From Terrimicrobiaceae bacterium (GTDB lineage Bacteria; Verrucomicrobiota; Verrucomicrobiia; Chthoniobacterales; Terrimicrobiaceae), in assembly GCA_041752695.1 (NCBI GenBank), contig JBGSVZ010000035.1, positions 64,001 through 128,000 of the forward strand: a stretch of DNA of 64,000 nt, given 5' to 3'. A program made the position numbers and the translations under genes. Under the pieces are notes generated by a model. It did no database searches and was not told the DNA's origin. It saw only the letters and a list, made by a program, of their open reading frames with translations. Each line of letters opens with the position of its first letter. Positions within the stretch are counted from its first letter, which is position 1. Positions 59,174 through 64,000 of the stretch are shown here, in pieces.

Positions 59174-59623
59174 ATGGTGAGCACTAGAACACTGTCGGAA
59201 GACGCCTTCATCCGTTGCTTCGACTCCGACATCGGGAAACTCCTCTTAGCGTCTGCTCTGAAAAGGATGGCCAGTCACGTTCCGCCAGTCAGCGAAGATT
59301 TGATCTTCGTTTTGATCAGGAGTCTCCAAACCGGTCTGGCGGAAAGGGCCGCACTCTCGCCGGAGAGAAACACTGAAACTACATCGATGAGAGCTCTTCT
59401 GGTCGACGTAATACGCGCTGGAATTCATTCTGGAGATTTATCGAGCGATTCGCCAACACAAAGCCTCGTCGCTGAACTGCGCAATCTCAGCGAGGCCGAG
59501 ACTGTGGGAGTTCTTGCGAGCTGCATCGCAATGCTAGCCACGGGCTGGCCCGCTTCGGAATTTCTGAAAATCTCGCAATGCCGGTCTTGGAATGGTTCTG
59601 AGACATCCCTTCTCGATTTATAG
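59174..59623 (+). CDS. Hypothetical helical protein
   Basis: 149-aa ORF co-oriented 70 nt after the ATPase; no motif recognised. Confidence 0.55.
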   Translation: MVSTRTLSEDAFIRCFDSDIGKLLLASALKRMASHVPPVSEDLIFVLIRSLQTGLAERAALSPERNTETTSMRALLVDVIRAGIHSGDLSSDSPTQSLVAELRNLSEAETVGVLASCIAMLATGWPASEFLKISQCRSWNGSETSLLDL

Positions 59624-59866
59624 CACAAGCTTCAACAAGAACGACTATCCAGTTCACATTGAACACTAGTCGAACCGTTGGATTAGAGCTTTTTCTTCCC
59701 ACCCTAGGATTTGTATTCCCGGATGAACCACGCTCAATGAAAACGGCAAGTTAAATACTCAGGTCCACAACCTTCCTGCCTTGTTCTGAGTCGTATGAGA
59801 GAAACGCGTTTTGTGGGAGGGACTCTATGGGAAGACCGGGTGAAGCCGCCAAAACAAAAAAACGTT

Positions 59867-60475
59867 ATGAAAATTCAAGTCCTTTATTCACCGATCCACC
59901 AATCGATTAGACTCCGTTACGATGGCGAAATGCGCCACTTTTTTAGGGAAAACCATCGTCTTTGCGCAGCATTCTGCCGATCGAAAGTCGCGCGAGACGT
60001 CGCGCGGCATGTCGATCCCGCGCTAATTGTTCAATGGACTCATTCCATCGGAGTCCTCACTCGGCTCAAGCGCGGACAAACGCGTCAGGCTTGCCTTTCC
60101 GCGATAGAGGCAACACACATTTTCAACCTCGCTTGCATCGCGCTCGGGAACTCCAAGCTGAGCCGACGTAAGGCTCTGGAGGCTCTCTCGGTCTTCGGGA
60201 CAATTGCACCGTGCTCAATCGACTGTCTTCCTTTACCTCCTCTACCGGAGGTTCTCGATCCTACAGGGTTTTCCGAAACAACCGTTAAAATCTACAAGTC
60301 ACTGGCAGCAGGGAGGGGCCAGATCGCCTTGCCGGTCACGCAAGCAGAAGTTATTTGGAACGAACTTGCTGCGGAAGCATTCCGCCATCCGATGCTAAAA
60401 AAACTGGTGGAACATCTGGAGTCAAGGACCCACTCATACCGACTGGCGCTCGATTGGATCAATAATCGTCACTGA
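59867..60475 (+). CDS. Hypothetical protein (paralog A)
   Basis: ORF of about 202 aa with ATG after an A-rich leader; weak similarity to the next gene. Confidence 0.6.
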   Translation: MKIQVLYSPIHQSIRLRYDGEMRHFFRENHRLCAAFCRSKVARDVARHVDPALIVQWTHSIGVLTRLKRGQTRQACLSAIEATHIFNLACIALGNSKLSRRKALEALSVFGTIAPCSIDCLPLPPLPEVLDPTGFSETTVKIYKSLAAGRGQIALPVTQAEVIWNELAAEAFRHPMLKKLVEHLESRTHSYRLALDWINNRH

Positions 60476-60479
60476 CACC

Positions 60480-61106
60480 ATGGGATCCTACAAACAAACA
60501 CCCCATATCGAACCCGTCTTTTCGGTAAGGCGCAATGATTGCACCCAGCGAACGATTGTCCAGTATTCTGGCGACCTCCAACGGGCGATGAAACTCGTGC
60601 ACCTCCATGCGGTAAACGCATGCGTCGGTGCCCAAGTTGAATTACCGGATTGGGTTGTAGGGAGTTTCAATTCAACTATATATATAACCGGGAATCGGAG
60701 TCTTCTCCTACTGGCGAATGCGGAGTGCTGCATTGCGGAGATGAGCTACCTGGACTTCGAAATGATTTTTAAGATCGTGGCATTTACCGCCTTAAAAAGG
60801 TCGGCTTGGAAACAAGATCAAAGTGCATTCAGAAAGGTGATCGGCTTCTTAAGCTACGCCACTGCGGTCGAGTTTAAGCGGGCGGGGTTTCCAGAAATCG
60901 TTGCTGATTGTGAAGAGGCCGAAATATACAACTATCTCTCTGGGACGGGCCGCGTCTTCTTGCCAATAGTGTCGAGTTATCAACTTGCCCAGGCAGTTGA
61001 GTCGGAAGAACTAATATTGCCGTTGGATGGTCGCGCCTGGGTGCTGGAAATGGCCCTCAGCCTGCGCCTTCTTCACGAAGCCTGCCAACTGGCAAGAAAT
61101 CCGTAG
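60480..61106 (+). CDS. Hypothetical protein (paralog B)
   Basis: 208-aa ORF 4 nt after the previous stop; weak similarity to the previous gene. Confidence 0.6.
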   Translation: MGSYKQTPHIEPVFSVRRNDCTQRTIVQYSGDLQRAMKLVHLHAVNACVGAQVELPDWVVGSFNSTIYITGNRSLLLLANAECCIAEMSYLDFEMIFKIVAFTALKRSAWKQDQSAFRKVIGFLSYATAVEFKRAGFPEIVADCEEAEIYNYLSGTGRVFLPIVSSYQLAQAVESEELILPLDGRAWVLEMALSLRLLHEACQLARNP

Positions 61107-61187
61107 GCGACCAACCCGCCAGAAGGGCGCTTCATACCCGCGGCAGCTTCGCTGCGGTTTTCGATGCTCCGAATGAAAATTTATTAT

Positions 61188-61724
61188 ATGCAAGAAAACG
61201 AACACTCCCACAAAGACCAATCCCGCGAACCCGTGGCGGATCTGATATTTTATGAGATTTCACGGGAAGAAATTGAGGCAGGCAACACATCCCGGTTTCT
61301 GCGGGATTTTCGGCCACCCGACAACGTTTCTCCGGCTGACCTCAAAGCATTGATGGGAAAAATTCTCTTCAACATCAGCGGTTATGACAACGACGAGTCT
61401 GAAGTCTATACCGTTCCCGCAGTCAGGGCATTTTTTCAAGCCTTACATCATGAGTGGCCATGCTGGCTTTTCTTTTGTGATCTTGAGTCGCCGGGTTTCG
61501 CGGCGATCGGATACTGCATTCTTCCCACCTTGAGGGTTAGGAAAGTTTCTGGTGCGCCAACTGTGGCAGTGTTCGTTGATCGCGGAGAGCTGAGCGTATT
61601 TCTTAAAGAATGCATCGATCTGCTTGAGCATCTTTCAGAGTTGGCAGAATTGTCTGAAGTGGAGGTCGAACAACGCACCGAGAAGATGATCGAGTATATA
61701 AATCGTTGGTTTTCGCGGCATTGA
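61188..61724 (+). CDS. CRR6/DUF1817-like protein
   Basis: ISREEIEAGNTS, FNISGYDNDESEVYTVPAVRAFFQALHHEWPCWLFFC matches the pattern (GYD.D.REL.EIPEVR.W...L...P....F) of chlororespiratory-reduction-6-domain proteins. Confidence 0.65.
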   Translation: MQENEHSHKDQSREPVADLIFYEISREEIEAGNTSRFLRDFRPPDNVSPADLKALMGKILFNISGYDNDESEVYTVPAVRAFFQALHHEWPCWLFFCDLESPGFAAIGYCILPTLRVRKVSGAPTVAVFVDRGELSVFLKECIDLLEHLSELAELSEVEVEQRTEKMIEYINRWFSRH

Positions 61725-62069
61725 AAGATTCTCACATTTTTGTCTGCATGTATTTGAGATTGCTCAATACCCAAGTTTCGAAACCGCAAAGCGAGTGTCC
61801 GCAGAATGAAGCTTAATAGTTTTAGAATGTTTTTGTTGAAAAGTTTGCTGACATCTTAAGTTTTTCCGTCAGGTTCGTGTCATTTCGGCGCAGAAAACCG
61901 AATTTTTCACATTGAGGGCAAGTTTTGCTACCATTTTTCAAATACAACTTACGCGAATTCAGCCGAACTCGCATAATGTTGAAGTGAAATATTATTTTTA
62001 TACATATGTGGGAACCGTTTCAACGATTTCCGGGAACATCGCTAACGCTAGCAGGGACGGAGGCGACAA

Positions 62070-62636
62070 ATGTCAGTAAACACCCACATTGAACTGCCCG
62101 GGCACGTGTGTATTCGCGACGTGGCCAACGCGATCGGAATTTTGGCTGGTCTGCCGATAATCGAGGTCGCGCGCAACCATAATAAATTTCGACTAGTGAA
62201 AGGTGTTTATTTTTCCGGGTTCGTGAGCGCGGCTCCGCAATGTGTTTTCATTGACTTGCTTGAAGAGCTCGTTGATGGTTCCACTTGTCATCGAGCCGTA
62301 TACGGCTTTGAATCGTATGAAGACTCAGACTATCAACGGGCCCTTACTGCCGCATCGTCTCCATTTTGGCTCGCTATCGGCTTCCGGCTCATTGAATTTT
62401 TTGGAGGCCGCCTGATTTGCCAGGACTGTGGCGGGGCCCCGGTTTTTGAGGTATACGGTCCACCCTGCAGTCCGGAAAAGATTTATGATCTTCAGCCACT
62501 TCGGCCGCGAGATCTCGCCGAAATGGCTTCCTTTTCAGCTTATCCCAATGAAGAGCTTGAGCGGCACTCTAGCGAAGAACGCGTGGCCTACATGAAGCTT
62601 CTCAATATCCTCCCGAATCCCAACTACCCGCCATAA
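62070..62636 (+). CDS. Hypothetical protein
   Basis: 188-aa ORF with GGAGG RBS after an AT-rich intergenic region. Confidence 0.65.
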   Translation: MSVNTHIELPGHVCIRDVANAIGILAGLPIIEVARNHNKFRLVKGVYFSGFVSAAPQCVFIDLLEELVDGSTCHRAVYGFESYEDSDYQRALTAASSPFWLAIGFRLIEFFGGRLICQDCGGAPVFEVYGPPCSPEKIYDLQPLRPRDLAEMASFSAYPNEELERHSSEERVAYMKLLNILPNPNYPP

Positions 62637-63019
62637 CCAAGAAACAGGGAGCCGCTTATTTCGACCTTCGCCGCGGAGGAGATCGCCTGCTTTGTCGGAA
62701 ACGACGTTCCCACTGTAGCGCAGGCGAATGGCGGCGGTCCCAGAACTACTGGGAGGCATTTCGCTTACACGGGCTGCGGCAGGATCAACCGCGCGATCAC
62801 TGAGTTCCGTCCTTTTTCCGGGTTAACTGAAATGCGGTGACGAGAACCATTAGTTCCATCGACAGGTAATCAAAATCGTCTTCATCCTCAGTCGCTACGG
62901 TTTCGTGTCCGGGGTGGCACACACCACCATTCCACCGCCTTTCTCGATGCGATTGGCGAAACCATCGAACGAGTCGGGAAACGTCTGGGACACACCGCAG
63001 AAGCCGACAGCCCTGTGAA

Positions 63020-63270
63020 ATGGTTATTGCCATCCTCACTGATGGGTTGGAAAATTCAGCAACCCGAAACTTTTGGAAGCAGGTTGCCGCTAAGATCCGC
63101 AATCTGACCGGAAAATGCGGATGGGACCTCGTGTTCCCTGGCACCAACCAAGAAGCCATCGCGAATGCCGCCAACCTAAGCATCGCCGCCAATAACCCCT
63201 CCGGGTTTGTTTCGGATCAGAGGGAGCTTCGCGCAACCCTCAATGCGATGTCGCTCAAATCCATTGGGTT
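63020..63270 (+). pseudogene. C-terminal fragment of a vWA-domain protein
   Basis: VIAILTDGLENS...GWDLVFPGTNQEA matches the vWA pattern (IITDG.ENAS...W.F.FLGANQDA). The N-terminal MIDAS DxSxS is absent. Confidence 0.7.
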
Positions 63271-63498
63271 TCGGGCCAAGACCCGCATTTCCGACGTGGT
63301 TGCTGCGATGCAGCCAGATGTGGCATTGCTATTTCGGGAGCGCGGGGTGATCACTTTCTTGCTGAACCTTAAGGCTTTTCTTCATTCGAATCGTGCTGTC
63401 CAAAAGCAGCCCATCTCTCAACTCGTTCATTTCAAACGATTTGAAACTTTTGCCAAAATCTATCTTACGGTGATTCTCAACTTTGAGACGCTGGTATC

Positions 63499-63915
63499 AT
63501 GCCAGCGGGTCCGCACATAGACGATTTCCGGCTCTTTCCAGAAGAGACATTCTCTTTGTCGGAAAACTCGCATGCATTGCCAGACGGCAAGGGTTTCAGT
63601 CGTCTGGCACCCCTTATTCAGGCAGCTATCAACGAAGAACTGAAGACACTTCAATGCCTCATCGCCGCCGCGAAACTGAGTTTTGAACGCCAATTGATTG
63701 AAACAAGCCTCCTCACTCGGGAGCAGACGGCGAAACTCCTGAATTTGAGTGTATCACAAGTCGATAAGCTCGCCCGCAGAGGTGAAATCCCCACGACCTA
63801 CATCGACAGTCGACCACGTTTTCCACTCGGTCCGATACAAGAGTTCGTTCGCTCACGAACGACTCGGAAGCTCCCTCTGAATCTCAGCAAAAACTCCAAA
63901 ACTAAAAAAGCATGA
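63499..63915 (+). CDS. Excisionase-like helix-turn-helix protein (HTH_17/MerR-like)
   Basis: LLTREQTAKLLNLSVSQVDKLARRGEIP....DSRPRF....IQEFV. Confidence 0.8.
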   Translation: MPAGPHIDDFRLFPEETFSLSENSHALPDGKGFSRLAPLIQAAINEELKTLQCLIAAAKLSFERQLIETSLLTREQTAKLLNLSVSQVDKLARRGEIPTTYIDSRPRFPLGPIQEFVRSRTTRKLPLNLSKNSKTKKA

Positions 63916-64000
63916 GCCAAAATTCATGCCAGAAAAAGTTGAACCATGGGGGGAGTAAATCGTGAATCAAGCTTCCATTGTTCCGCGTTACTCTCATCGC

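Noticed and set aside
62535..63192. Minus-strand ORFs 62535-62759 and 62797-63192
   Set aside because: No recognisable motifs, and they partly overlap better-supported plus-strand features. They may be eroded fragments but cannot be supported.
1..64000. tRNA/rRNA genes or an integrase at the island boundary
   Set aside because: None was recognised by eye. A tRNAscan-SE/Infernal run and the sequence beyond 64 kb would be needed.

Overview
This is bacterial DNA, most likely Verrucomicrobia. That is an inference from two intact PEP-CTERM proteins, Verrucomicrobia-style C-terminal domains and the gene content. The window has four zones. (1) 1-35.8 kb is a glycan and sugar utilisation region: xylFGH-xylR, PEP-CTERM beta-propeller proteins, secreted GH2, GH8, two paralogous CBM+GH39-like enzymes, an (alpha/alpha)6 hydrolase, glpX, a RhaT-type symporter, isomerases, AraC regulators, a ferritin-like di-iron protein, and several decayed paralog copies. 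(2) 35.9-46.4 kb is an 11-gene minus-strand catabolic cluster with a combination I do not recognise: two enolase-superfamily enzymes, an SDR, 2-oxoacid dehydrogenase E1a/E1b/E2, a SucCD-like CoA ligase, a citryl-CoA-lyase-like protein and a two-subunit Fe-S hydro-lyase. (3) 46.7-53.0 kb is a decay zone: an internally deleted group II intron, a truncated di-heme surface protein, Wadjet type III jetC/jetD remnants, intact HU and an IS1380 pseudogene. (4) 53.0-64 kb looks like the edge of an integrative element. It has a 332-bp tandem duplication with att-arm-like repeats, a 32-bp-phased repeat array before an RHH gene, and a fused DUF5131 radical-SAM-like gene. That gene is divergent from a translationally coupled operon of two Fe-S PD-(D/E)XK nucleases and an AAA+ ATPase, followed by a pair of unknown paralogs, a CRR6-like gene and an excisionase-like HTH. 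Zones 4 and 2 are the best candidates for undescribed systems. All family calls come from motif recognition by eye; no database searches were run. No rRNA, tRNA or CRISPR array was seen.
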